IMG/VR virus record: IMGVR_UViG_3300030433_002580
Coordinates: 1-30,661 of that record
Length of the DNA stretch: 30,661 nucleotides
Reading direction: 5' to 3' (one strand)
DNA from: a virus
Lineage: Duplodnaviria; Caudoviricetes
Shown here in pieces: positions 10,801 through 20,699 of the stretch. Under the pieces are notes generated by a model. It searched no databases, was not told the origin of the DNA, and worked only from the letters and a program-made list of their open reading frames with translations. The position numbers were made by a program, and so were the translations under genes. Position 1 is the first letter of the stretch, and the number at the start of each line of letters is the position of its first letter.

Positions 10801-13800
10801 GTTGGTGTTTGGAAAACACCATTCAGGAATAAAATTCCATTACCAATATCAATACCTGTTGTATCTGCACCACCAACTTTCATTGTGAAAGTTTGACCAA
10901 TTCCAGTAAATTGATTTGAAATATCATCAAATACCATATTGGTATCATAATTAGATCTCAAGAAAGTTCTTCCAGAGAATTCTGAAGTTACGAATGGGAG
11001 ATTACTATCATCCCTTCTTGTTCTAGCACTTCCTTTTGGAGGATCGGTAAAGTGTACTTTAGAACCTACAATATTAAATGATCCTTTGTATATTTGGACA
11101 GTTGCACCATCATCATGTGGAGCAGCAGTAGAACCAACAGATGCTCTGACAACGGATACAGTATTAAATGTTGCTGCAGTGCCTGCCTGAATAATTCCAT
11201 TAATTGGACCAAGAAGTTCACCTGCAACGTTAGTGCTAAGACCAACTTCAACGACCTTCATGTATTCATCATCAATCTTGAGCAAGTCTCTTGGTTGAAT
11301 AGAAGAAATACCACTAATATTGAAAGTTGAAAGTCCTACAGGAATTGTTCCGACTCCAGCAACATTATGGAATCCATTATTTTCAAGAATATGTGAAACT
11401 GGAGTAAATGTAATTGGTTGCTGAACAATACCATCAAGACCAATTACTGTTTTAGACAGTTTCTTGGTAAATTCAAGTTTATGTGCATTACCTTCTCCAA
11501 GATTGGTGAAAGTTACTGCAATTCCAGATTCTGCAAACTCTTTAGTTGTTGCCAGTCGGAAAGTATTTGCATCAGTAACAATAGGATATACTTTTTCTGG
11601 AAGTTGATCTACAACAACACCAAGATAGTTTGATGTTTCTCCAATACCAACTTCTGTTTGTCCAACACCAATAAAAGTAGATCCTGGAGTATAAATCAGT
11701 TCTTCTGCAGTATTGAAGAAGTGATTATTAATTGTAAAGATTCCTGTTACTGGATCAAGGACATTCGTGTCGGACGGATCAAAGACCTTTTCATAGATGG
11801 GAATACCCTCATGTCTTAAATTAAATTCAGTTTTATTTGCTCTGCTTCCATTGAGAGAATCAAAGGAAGAGAGGAACATATTCTGCTCAAGTGAATTATA
11901 TACCAAAGTGTTTGGTACATTATCAAAATCATTTGACGTGTAGAATACTTCATTAAATGATTGGGTTGTGTAGTTTGCAGAACTATCATCTGGATAGAAG
12001 TTAACAAAGAAGTCGTTACCTACAATCTTACCACCAAATGAGCCTAATCCTGCAGAACCAGTAGTTGCTACAAATACTCCAGGAATAACGGTAACTTCTG
12101 AACCATCACATAGAGCAGTTACCTGATGTAACGCAGAACTTGAACCAACAGAAACTCTAACAATTGATGAAACTGAAGATATGATGTCCTTATTATATTC
12201 TGCAATAGTTGTAATGCCTGCATGAGTATCGGACACACAGTCAAAGAGAGCACTTCTTTCAGATGCTGCAGGTTGTCCACTTCTTAAGAATCTGTAAGTA
12301 TCATCTGCTCCAGACTGTGTAAACTCAACAATACTTGAACGAACATCATAAGTAGAAGTTTCAATACCAGGATTCTTAACACTAACGGTAATGATTCCTA
12401 CACCATCATATACAGCAGTTATAATACCAACGTTTGAAGAACTATATGAAAGACTATTAGAATCAAAGTAATATTCGCTCAGATAAGTATCTGTCCCATC
12501 AAAATCAATAAATGCTTCAATATTTACAAAGTCTCCCAAATCAAATCGGTTAATCATTTCAAAACTTACAAAAGCAGCATTGAAATCTGTAGAATCAATT
12601 TCATACAATGCCTTTTCGCTAGATGCGGTTCCAACACTACTAATACCAAGAACGTTTGAATTAACTAGATCAATTGAACCGACAGTTTGAGTTCCAATTC
12701 CTGCAAAAGAATTTGAATATTTCTTCTTAAGAATTTTGATATCTAAGTCAGTATCAAAAGGATCTGTTGGTGTAAAGACTAAAGTTTTAATTTCATTTTG
12801 AACATTAAGACTGAATTCTCCAAGTTTCTGATTGGTATTTGTAGATAATCCTGCAGAAACTGCAAGATTTTTTTCAAAGAGATATGAATCAAGAGTTGTT
12901 GTTTGTGCAACTAATTCTGAAAGTTGAACATCTAGAGTGTCTGGATTTACAATCTGAATCAAATATCTAACATTTGTATCAATAGTATCAATCTCTTCAA
13001 TTTCTATAGATTCTCCTTGGAATCCCTTACTGGAAAACTGACCACTAATATCATCATGAATAAGAACTCTATTAGTTCTACATTCGGTATAGTTTGCTAA
13101 TTTTCTATTGCCAATTCTGAGGAACTTAGATTGCTCAGCACCGAGAGAAGTCGTTCTAACGTCATCATCAACTGCTACATCAAAATTGTTAATAGTCCAA
13201 ACTCTAGACTCGCTAGAGATATCAAGAACACTTACTGCTTTAGTAGAACCTGCCAGTCCAACTGCACTATCTACTGATGATGTAATACCAACGTCAGCAA
13301 AATTCTTCATACCTGCTGGGTGAACAATAGAGTTCACTGGACCAGACATTACCGACCAAGGTATTGGACTCTTAACTGAGTATGAAAGGTTTTGATAATA
13401 ATCATTATCGGGAGTTACTTGATAATCTTCACTCAGTTTACCTTTATCATCTTTCCACCCAAACTCTTGTCTAGAGGAATAGTTGAGGGTAAACTTGGCT
13501 CTATCTTTGCCAATTGATGTAATTTCTGCAATCGTACCTGTAAGTTTTCCTTTAATTTTATCTCCAGTTTGGAAATTTTGAGGTCCAACTGTTTTAATAA
13601 AATCTGGTCTTACTAACGAAACAAATGCTCTAGTTTCTACAAAACCAGAACCACTATCAACAAATAAACCTTCATTTAGTTCAAAAGATGATCTGGATTG
13701 AATAACTTCAATATTTGGATAATTCTTTTTGTTGATAATGGTAGCATATCCAGATTGATTTGTTTTTGCAATTCCTGGATTAGTCGTCAAACCAACACCA

Positions 13801-16800
13801 TTTTCATCAACAAGTGAGAACGTAAGTTTTGCTGGATTTGAATTAACAAAACTATCAACTTTGAAGAATCTATAATTATAATTTTCGGAATTATATCCTT
13901 GACCAGTAGTTCCAAGTAATTCAATACCCTCAACAAAGATTTCATCACCATCTGCAAAAAGTGAAGTAGTGAATCCTAAAACAGGTGTTTTTAATGTGCA
14001 AGTTGCAACACCACTAGATCCAGAAATAATAGAACTAATTCCAACTCCATTTGAATTGTTTATTGCAACTATTCTATGGGGTTCCGACTCCATTCCACGA
14101 ATTGGTGCAATCTGCTCAATATCAGCAATTGATGTATTTGGTACAACTGGTAATAAAGAAGAATCGTCTACAACAAAATTACTTGTATCATTCCACAGCA
14201 GCAGATTTGGTGGTGTGATATACTTTAATCCACCACTAATAATATTGAATTCAGAAATAGTATCAAGATTATCAATATTAAGTCTTGAAGGAAGTGCTGC
14301 CTCTGGTCTCAGAGTTTTATCTGATGGATATGCATATCCAATATTATCAATTCTAAACTTATTAAGTTTGCCGATTGATGTTGAAACTGCTACTAGGTTT
14401 GCATTTATTCCACTTTCAGATGAAACATCAACAAACTTAGGCAATCTTTCATAGTTAAATCCTGGAGACAGAATTTTTACTGCTCCAATACCACTTCTTG
14501 CAGTGTTTGATTTAGTTCTATATAATGCCTCATCACATTCTCTTTCAACATCATATTTTAATACGGATGGTAACTTATATGGTGAGATTCTAAATGATGT
14601 TGAAGTGACACCAGTAATGTTATACGTTCCATTATATTCACTCTTCACATAGTTAATTTCTGAATAATTTCTAACATCAGTATCTGCAGTGCTAATATAT
14701 CCTGCTTTTTCTACTGCATAAAAAAGTCTTGCTGGAATGTTTTCTGAATATTTTAAAGTTAGAGATGCAGTACCAACTCCGGCAACACCAATCTTCTCAA
14801 CATTAAAATTAGTGTTGTCATATGATGTTATAAATTCATTTTCAAAATTTTGATCGTAGAAAATCTTAAATTCATATCCAGTTAGAGAAGGATCACCCAA
14901 AAGGAATTTAATATCAGAATTTTCAACAACATCAATTTTTGGATTTATTTTGCCAATGTTATGAACACTTGCACCTGTTCCAACAATGTTAATTACTTTC
15001 TCAGTTTTTGGATTTGTTTCATATAATGTCTCTGCAAGTCTGAATGTGTTTCTACCATCTCTAATAATATAGTACACACCAGTAGTTAATCCTGATGCAA
15101 CCTCTATACTATCATAGAAGACTTTTTCACCAGTTTCAAATCCATGATTAGTTAAAGTGATTGTATTAGTTGCTGTATTAATAGCATCAGAATTAATTCC
15201 AACAGAATTAATTACAAGTGATTTTGTAGATTCTTTATAAGATACAGTTGCTGCAGCAGTGGTTCCTAATCCAACAATAGTATTTGGTTTTACATCAAGA
15301 GCAATTACATCATTATTTGATAATCCATGTGTTGAAGAAGTACTAACAGTGGTGATAAGTCTATCAACATCTCCAATAACTTGTGTTGGATTATTTTTTA
15401 ACAAATATTCTGCATTATCCGATCCACCACTACGGAAATAAAGACCATCGGTAAATGTTGTAAGACCAACTGTAGTTGTTAATCCAATATAGTTTGGACC
15501 TTTATTAATTGCATATACAGTTGCTGTAGTTGCTCTATTTTCAGGTAAATTAAACTGTACTGAATCTGACTCGTTTGAAACAATAAGAACATCAGCAGAA
15601 GTAACAGGACTATCATTCATAGTAAATGAAAGTTCTTCACCAGTCTTGAATCCGTGATTAGGAACATAGATTGCTCTGGTTGGAATTTGAACCAGGTTAT
15701 CTACACCACCGATAGTGATAGTCTTTTCAATAGCACCATTAGTAGTGGTTCCAAATCCAACTGCATTATTCGCATTAAAATAAACTAATTTAGAACGCGA
15801 CGATTTAAAAGATGGAGTTTTTGCTTGAATTTTAATTCTATCGGGAATTAAATTAACTTCACTGCTGAGAGTGTGAGCAACACCGGTGTTTCCAAATCTC
15901 TTAACTTTAATAACACCATTACCATAGTTGTTTAGAACTCTTACAGTTTCATCTGTTACAGTGCTGCCATCATCAGAGTGAATTACAATAGTGCTACCAA
16001 TAGAAACATCTGCTAATTGATCAATAAAAATATCTTCAGTTATACCACCATTTGTGGTATGAGAAGTCATAGTTGCTGCAAGACCAGTAGTATCTGAAGA
16101 AATACCTGCTCTATGAGTTCCTTTAAGATTTGCAATAGATGTTGTTAATCCGCTGACAAGAATATTTTCATTATTATTAACATCAAATCCATGCTCAAAA
16201 TATGCAGATACTTGGAATTGACTATCTCTAACAAAGACTGAATTTGGATATTGGTCTAAGTCTGTATCAATTGTTGTAATATCTTTACCAACGAGTTCTG
16301 ATACTTCAACTGATAATCCAGATCCACCAGCTTCGGTTTCATCAAAATTAACTTTATCCCCAACTTTGTAATCTTTACCACTTGAGAAGATATTAATTTT
16401 TTCTATAGAACCTTTAGAAACTGCAGTAACAAAAGTTCTTTGTGGAAAAGTTTCATATCCTTCATCAAGGAAATCATAGTCTGCATTCTCATCAGCAACT
16501 TTGTATGGGAATACATTTCTAACCAGATTTGAATTGTTAAAATCAAATGACTGATCTAAGTATAAATTACTTTCATCAAGTTTTGATTTGAAGGTATTTC
16601 CTACAAAATATGGATATAATGGAACAAGTTTGTTTACGACATTACTTGTCGTTACACCTGCAAAGTATGCATAAATTCCATTAGGAAATTCTGGAGTTTT
16701 ACAGAATCTTCCATTATGAACATCCAAATCTCCATGATCGCCAAATTTATAATCCTCAATAAAATATCCTTCTCCAAATGTAGATGTACTTGGTCTATCA

Positions 16801-19800
16801 AAAACAGAAGATGCATCTGCAGAATATCCAGGAGTAATCAAAGAAACACCAGATTGAATATTATCGGCATCTGTATAACCATATGGTCCATAGATTGGAT
16901 TGCCATCAAATGCCCAACCAATAATTTTGGAATGATTAGTGTTTAGATTATCGTCAAAGACATTTGCCAAGTCTTCAGAATATCCATAAACAGAATATTC
17001 CAATCCATCTTCTGAACTATTTTCTTTTAAACTTCCAAATATTTTATTATTCTGAAGAATAGAATTCTCGGCATACCTTTCAGCATCATTTACGGAAAGA
17101 CTTCTAATCTTTGTATTGAAGATTGCACCAGAACCTCTTGGTTTTACTCTGATAGTCGTACTATTTGGATCATAACCAATACCTTCATTAATTACAATTA
17201 CATCATCAATTTTTCCATTAACAATTACTGGTCTTAAAATTGCACCAGAACCAATATTGCCCTCATCTTCAACAATCAACTCTGGAGTAGAAAAATATTC
17301 TTTTCCAGAACCAAGTATTTGTACTTCAATAATTCTACCATTTGATACAATTGGATTCAATTGTGCAAGTTTTCCATTCTTTACACTAATGATAGGTTGT
17401 TTCTGTAAATTCAATACAGTTGAACCATATCCAGTACCAGATTCATACATGTAGGCATCTACAATTGGTCCAGTGACAATTGGTGTAAAATTGAGAGTAC
17501 CAGTTAATGTTGAACCAAAAGAAACTGTTGCAGTTACTGTGATTGGTGGATATTGGAATACATGATAACCAGAACCAATACCAGATATCTCTACATACTT
17601 AGATCTTGTTAAATCATTGGTAAGCGTTGCACCTACACCAACATTAATTAATCTAAAATTGTCATTATCAAGTTTTTGAATTGAATACTGAACGCTTGTT
17701 GAAAGACCAGTAATTAATTGATTACCCTCAGTTGTTTCTTCCGTAGAGTATTCAACAATATCACCAGTATTAAATCCGTGATTTTTAAATGTTAGTGTAT
17801 TGTATTGAGTAGATATTCCAGAAGATTTTACTCTTAATTTTCTGTGTTGATATCCAGAACCAGACTCTACAACTTTTACTTTTTTCAAAGTTGGTCTTGG
17901 AACAGTTCTAAATTGATGTATACCACTTTCCGTAGTTGCGGTAGTAAACCCAATTGTATTAACACCTGCAGAGGCATCTGAAAAATTATTAAAAAGTTTG
18001 ATAGATGATGTGTTTACTATTCTAACAAAATACTCATCTCCAGATACAAGTCTGTTATCAAGACTGTTTGAAGGATCTTGGAAATCACCAATACCAATCT
18101 CAGTATTTCCATTTGCATTATAAGTTATTTTTTGGAATTGTGATAAGTTATGTGGTTTGAGGAAAGTTACTGTTTCATCATTACTATCAATACCACCACC
18201 TAATGAAAGTGCTCTACTATCAAACTCCAATATTCTAAATCTATCTCCAATAATAGGTTCCAGAATACATCCATCACCATTAGCACCCTCCAAAGTTATT
18301 GCAGAAATTCCATTAACATCAAAGTTCTGTGGGTCAATCAAAACTTCAGAAACAGAACCAGAAATAATCGGTTCTACGAGAGCAGATGAACCAGCACCTG
18401 TAGTAACTCTCAATTGTGGAGGATTAATTACATCATAATTCATACCACCATTAAAGACTTCAAAATCTGTTAATGGTCCATAATAAATTTTATCATTACC
18501 CTTAGGACTTAAAATTTGAACACCATCTATTAATTGTCCAATATGCAAAGTTCCTCTATCAGAATTTTCTGAATTTGTAATTGTCCTATTAAGAGGATAT
18601 CTTCTCAATATTGGTGATGGTGCAATTGTTCTAGATTTTTGACTTAATAATGTAAATGTGTGTGTTGCAGAAGTATCTGTATTTGCATTAAACTCAAGGT
18701 AATCAGCACCAGATGATAGAAGAGATCTTGAAATATAAAGTCTAAGTTTATTTGGTGCAACGTAATCAACAATATATGATTCTCCAGATTCAAGACCAAC
18801 AAAAGGTTTATCTGAGGTATATCTAACTCTATCACCATCAATGAATGGTATTGTAGATGGGAATTTTAATATTGAATATGTTTTATTAAATGAATTGTAT
18901 CCATCAAAATTTGATTCTGAACCATCAGGAAGTTGCGATTCAATTAAAGAATCTTCAATTTCATACTCAGGTAAAGAAAGTGATGTGACATATCCGAAAG
19001 TAGAATCATCATCACAATACAGATTTTGAACATTGGCAAAATACTTATTATTTCCTAAAACTAATCCAACATTAGAACTTGTAACCTTTTCAAGTTTTCT
19101 TCTAATACTATATTCAAGAAGAGGATTTGCAGTAAAAGAACCTAAATTACTAACCACAACCTGATTTAGTGTGGCGTTAACTCCTGTAATTACAGCACCA
19201 CTAGCAGATACAGTTTCAGAACTACCAATCAATACATCAACAGTATCTCCAACTTTTAAACTTGATTTATCAATTTCGGAGGTTAATGTAAATGTTGAAC
19301 CAACGATAGATTCAACATTATATCTTGCACTTGTATTGTAAATCCAAGAGTTAGCAAAAATTTCTTTATAAGAAGCATTATTTTCTGGATTTCTAATATT
19401 TTCTCCAGAAGATAATACTCTAATCTCTTCTCCTTCTTCTAAAAGTGAAACATTATCAATCTCTACAAAATTATTTAAAACTCCAGTTAAGCGAATATTT
19501 ACCCTTCTTTCTGCATCACCATTACCAAATCCATAAACAAATACTTCAGATCTAACTTCATCAGTTGCATCAATTGCGTGAATAATACCACTACATCCAA
19601 AGAACTGGTTTATACTCTTTGAAGTATACTTAATAGTATTATTTCCTGAGACAATAATTCCAGAACTATTAAAACCAATAGTAGAGTCTACAGTAATTAC
19701 ATCTGCACCTACTGCAGCAGATTCTACTGCTTTAGTAAATCCAGGTATAATGAAGGCATTTTCAAAACTTGAGTTATCGTCAAATCCTACAAAAAGTTCA

Positions 19801-20696
19801 AGCTTGTAATATGTCTTTGTGTCTCTAGTAAAGACTTCTACGTTAGATACCGATGCCGTAGCAATAGGAATCGTAGAGTCATCAAGTGACCTATAGATTG
19901 CTTGACCTTCAAGTTCAAATGGATCGCCAGAAATAATTTCAGCGACAACTACCTCTCTTCTAATATACTCTGCACCAGATGTTTTAATCAGTCGTGTTTC
20001 AAGATCTAGAACATCAGCTTTAACACCATAAAGAACTTTAAAAAGAATTCTTATAGATTCTGCAATACCTTTACCTTGGTAAAAGTCTTTAATTTGCCTA
20101 ATAAAGTTTGCTACGTCTAAATCAGAAACAAAAGTTTGATTTTCAAATCCTGGAGCAAAGGCAGTTTTAATTTTCTTATAAAACTCTTGTAAGAATAATG
20201 AACTTAAATTAGATACACTATCCCCTCGGGTATGAGAATCCGCTTCAGTATCTGAAAAATTTATTGTCTGTTTGTTTACATTAGAAAAATCTTTTTCAAT
20301 ATTATTTTTATATCCATCAATACCCGAAAATCCTCTAATACATCCTAAGAACTCAGTATCAGTCTTTGATGTATATGTAATGATTTCATTGCCAATCTTT
20401 AAAAGACCATACTCTTCCGGATATCCTTTTGTTGAAGATACGACAATTGTGGTGTCTGAAGAATTAATATCACCAGAAAGAGTGGTCTTTCCAATAATAA
20501 CTTCAGGAATTAAATTATCTAATTTTAAATATCTGTCAAGATTGGTAATTAAATCATCAGGAGCACCCTGATTCTCTTGCGAAATATAATATTGCTTGAA
20601 AAAATCTACTGCCTTTGGAAATTCGGCAACTAAAAATTCTGGAAGTTGACTCTCAATAATTTTATTGATTTGCAACTTTCTTTCAAAATGCGACAT
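7845..20696 (-). CDS. gp7: Baseplate wedge initiator (gp7-like), greatly expanded, with an internal YHYH-like domain
   Basis: 4283 aa between gp6 and gp8. N-terminal IIESQLPEFL..EFP...FFKQYY, IKDFYQGKG..SIRILFKVLYG, DNDYYQNLSYSVKS and VHPAGMKNF are typical of cyanophage gp7. Confidence 0.88.
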   Translation of the reverse strand: MSHFERKLQINKIIESQLPEFLVAEFPKAVDFFKQYYISQENQGAPDDLITNLDRYLKLDNLIPEVIIGKTTLSGDINSSDTTIVVSSTKGYPEEYGLLKIGNEIITYTSKTDTEFLGCIRGFSGIDGYKNNIEKDFSNVNKQTINFSDTEADSHTRGDSVSNLSSLFLQEFYKKIKTAFAPGFENQTFVSDLDVANFIRQIKDFYQGKGIAESIRILFKVLYGVKADVLDLETRLIKTSGAEYIRREVVVAEIISGDPFELEGQAIYRSLDDSTIPIATASVSNVEVFTRDTKTYYKLELFVGFDDNSSFENAFIIPGFTKAVESAAVGADVITVDSTIGFNSSGIIVSGNNTIKYTSKSINQFFGCSGIIHAIDATDEVRSEVFVYGFGNGDAERRVNIRLTGVLNNFVEIDNVSLLEEGEEIRVLSSGENIRNPENNASYKEIFANSWIYNTSARYNVESIVGSTFTLTSEIDKSSLKVGDTVDVLIGSSETVSASGAVITGVNATLNQVVVSNLGSFTANPLLEYSIRRKLEKVTSSNVGLVLGNNKYFANVQNLYCDDDSTFGYVTSLSLPEYEIEDSLIESQLPDGSESNFDGYNSFNKTYSILKFPSTIPFIDGDRVRYTSDKPFVGLESGESYIVDYVAPNKLRLYISRSLLSSGADYLEFNANTDTSATHTFTLLSQKSRTIAPSPILRRYPLNRTITNSENSDRGTLHIGQLIDGVQILSPKGNDKIYYGPLTDFEVFNGGMNYDVINPPQLRVTTGAGSSALVEPIISGSVSEVLIDPQNFDVNGISAITLEGANGDGCILEPIIGDRFRILEFDSRALSLGGGIDSNDETVTFLKPHNLSQFQKITYNANGNTEIGIGDFQDPSNSLDNRLVSGDEYFVRIVNTSSIKLFNNFSDASAGVNTIGFTTATTESGIHQFRTVPRPTLKKVKVVESGSGYQHRKLRVKSSGISTQYNTLTFKNHGFNTGDIVEYSTEETTEGNQLITGLSTSVQYSIQKLDNDNFRLINVGVGATLTNDLTRSKYVEISGIGSGYHVFQYPPITVTATVSFGSTLTGTLNFTPIVTGPIVDAYMYESGTGYGSTVLNLQKQPIISVKNGKLAQLNPIVSNGRIIEVQILGSGKEYFSTPELIVEDEGNIGSGAILRPVIVNGKIDDVIVINEGIGYDPNSTTIRVKPRGSGAIFNTKIRSLSVNDAERYAENSILQNNKIFGSLKENSSEDGLEYSVYGYSEDLANVFDDNLNTNHSKIIGWAFDGNPIYGPYGYTDADNIQSGVSLITPGYSADASSVFDRPSTSTFGEGYFIEDYKFGDHGDLDVHNGRFCKTPEFPNGIYAYFAGVTTSNVVNKLVPLYPYFVGNTFKSKLDESNLYLDQSFDFNNSNLVRNVFPYKVADENADYDFLDEGYETFPQRTFVTAVSKGSIEKINIFSSGKDYKVGDKVNFDETEAGGSGLSVEVSELVGKDITTIDTDLDQYPNSVFVRDSQFQVSAYFEHGFDVNNNENILVSGLTTSIANLKGTHRAGISSDTTGLAATMTSHTTNGGITEDIFIDQLADVSIGSTIVIHSDDGSTVTDETVRVLNNYGNGVIKVKRFGNTGVAHTLSSEVNLIPDRIKIQAKTPSFKSSRSKLVYFNANNAVGFGTTTNGAIEKTITIGGVDNLVQIPTRAIYVPNHGFKTGEELSFTMNDSPVTSADVLIVSNESDSVQFNLPENRATTATVYAINKGPNYIGLTTTVGLTTFTDGLYFRSGGSDNAEYLLKNNPTQVIGDVDRLITTVSTSSTHGLSNNDVIALDVKPNTIVGLGTTAAATVSYKESTKSLVINSVGINSDAINTATNTITLTNHGFETGEKVFYDSIEVASGLTTGVYYIIRDGRNTFRLAETLYETNPKTEKVINIVGTGASVHNIGKINPKIDVVENSDIKFLLGDPSLTGYEFKIFYDQNFENEFITSYDNTNFNVEKIGVAGVGTASLTLKYSENIPARLFYAVEKAGYISTADTDVRNYSEINYVKSEYNGTYNITGVTSTSFRISPYKLPSVLKYDVERECDEALYRTKSNTARSGIGAVKILSPGFNYERLPKFVDVSSESGINANLVAVSTSIGKLNKFRIDNIGYAYPSDKTLRPEAALPSRLNIDNLDTISEFNIISGGLKYITPPNLLLWNDTSNFVVDDSSLLPVVPNTSIADIEQIAPIRGMESEPHRIVAINNSNGVGISSIISGSSGVATCTLKTPVLGFTTSLFADGDEIFVEGIELLGTTGQGYNSENYNYRFFKVDSFVNSNPAKLTFSLVDENGVGLTTNPGIAKTNQSGYATIINKKNYPNIEVIQSRSSFELNEGLFVDSGSGFVETRAFVSLVRPDFIKTVGPQNFQTGDKIKGKLTGTIAEITSIGKDRAKFTLNYSSRQEFGWKDDKGKLSEDYQVTPDNDYYQNLSYSVKSPIPWSVMSGPVNSIVHPAGMKNFADVGITSSVDSAVGLAGSTKAVSVLDISSESRVWTINNFDVAVDDDVRTTSLGAEQSKFLRIGNRKLANYTECRTNRVLIHDDISGQFSSKGFQGESIEIEEIDTIDTNVRYLIQIVNPDTLDVQLSELVAQTTTLDSYLFEKNLAVSAGLSTNTNQKLGEFSLNVQNEIKTLVFTPTDPFDTDLDIKILKKKYSNSFAGIGTQTVGSIDLVNSNVLGISSVGTASSEKALYEIDSTDFNAAFVSFEMINRFDLGDFVNIEAFIDFDGTDTYLSEYYFDSNSLSYSSSNVGIITAVYDGVGIITVSVKNPGIETSTYDVRSSIVEFTQSGADDTYRFLRSGQPAASERSALFDCVSDTHAGITTIAEYNKDIISSVSSIVRVSVGSSSALHQVTALCDGSEVTVIPGVFVATTGSAGLGSFGGKIVGNDFFVNFYPDDSSANYTTQSFNEVFYTSNDFDNVPNTLVYNSLEQNMFLSSFDSLNGSRANKTEFNLRHEGIPIYEKVFDPSDTNVLDPVTGIFTINNHFFNTAEELIYTPGSTFIGVGQTEVGIGETSNYLGVVVDQLPEKVYPIVTDANTFRLATTKEFAESGIAVTFTNLGEGNAHKLEFTKKLSKTVIGLDGIVQQPITFTPVSHILENNGFHNVAGVGTIPVGLSTFNISGISSIQPRDLLKIDDEYMKVVEVGLSTNVAGELLGPINGIIQAGTAATFNTVSVVRASVGSTAAPHDDGATVQIYKGSFNIVGSKVHFTDPPKGSARTRRDDSNLPFVTSEFSGRTFLRSNYDTNMVFDDISNQFTGIGQTFTMKVGGADTTGIDIGNGILFLNGVFQTPTTTNNLGNNYKFENSSALGISSVVFSGITSENGSYIQSDFDINQNQLPRGGLIVSLGSTPGLGYAPLYGAKVKADLATVANVTGIITDIVGVNTYRKPVGITTADYNNITGVIEIETSSNHYLKGGERVQLVGLHFTCAQAHAGVTTTIFPDHDRSFDIVNILSANKLTVQVGPSTIVHNYVGFGSVFKHFSLSNGSGYRGPVSIGVTDLAFEHKFVRSVSDSIFVGSAGTDTFTATNAEYTSHTGKLLLTIPSHGLTVGNQIGIDTGGIIFTCSEDNFFTEQPYPRATDPVAGITTEVTSVTTNTITVNVGPGGGAGTGAEISATVGVGGTLIFSIDNGGSGYVNPRIQIPEPTYENMEVVGVSRLGVGATTTTGENLLMNVTIGAAGTNVGIGSTLFEVESFNIRRSGYAFQVGDVFKVVGLVTASHLSEPISDFELEVTETFNDSMSAWSFGEMNYIDSIEAFQDGSRQRFPLIYEGELLSFELDPNNALSNEIDLNAVLVIFVNGVLQQPGSSYTFEGGTSFIFDQAPSESDKVDIFFYLGQDGVDVVIVDVQETFKIGDELLVKKHPGFVLTKDQNRDRTILDILSADKLETDIYLGPGINENDFKPLSWTKQKLDMFVKGDFVYKTRDSIEPRVLPTAKIIGDINGSTNQIFVDNAQFFNYEENNYAISINSIEGLIVEGVDPVSAAITATVGASGTISALTINNVGSGYSGTTLDVKFTAPLDIGVGVGTTATATVSIIDGSIDSATITNIGFGYSVTNPPQAIVEIPKGKQESIENITNVEGFTGIVTGISTTAGSGDCGMALHIDYDRIDFANNSSATNSLVAGYPVYVYDTSVGHGVTTVDGNDNSTVGIGTTFLDAVYMVHAVSNNGNKGRITCNIHGDTNIVGIATTGVYFANNPDATISAGKLSWGRLYNAIDGITRTNPISIGVTGLTIDSGLSTFPAIQRRDFGFKSSGALRKTSNGPDASENSSGYPIL

Positions 20697-20699
20697 ATT

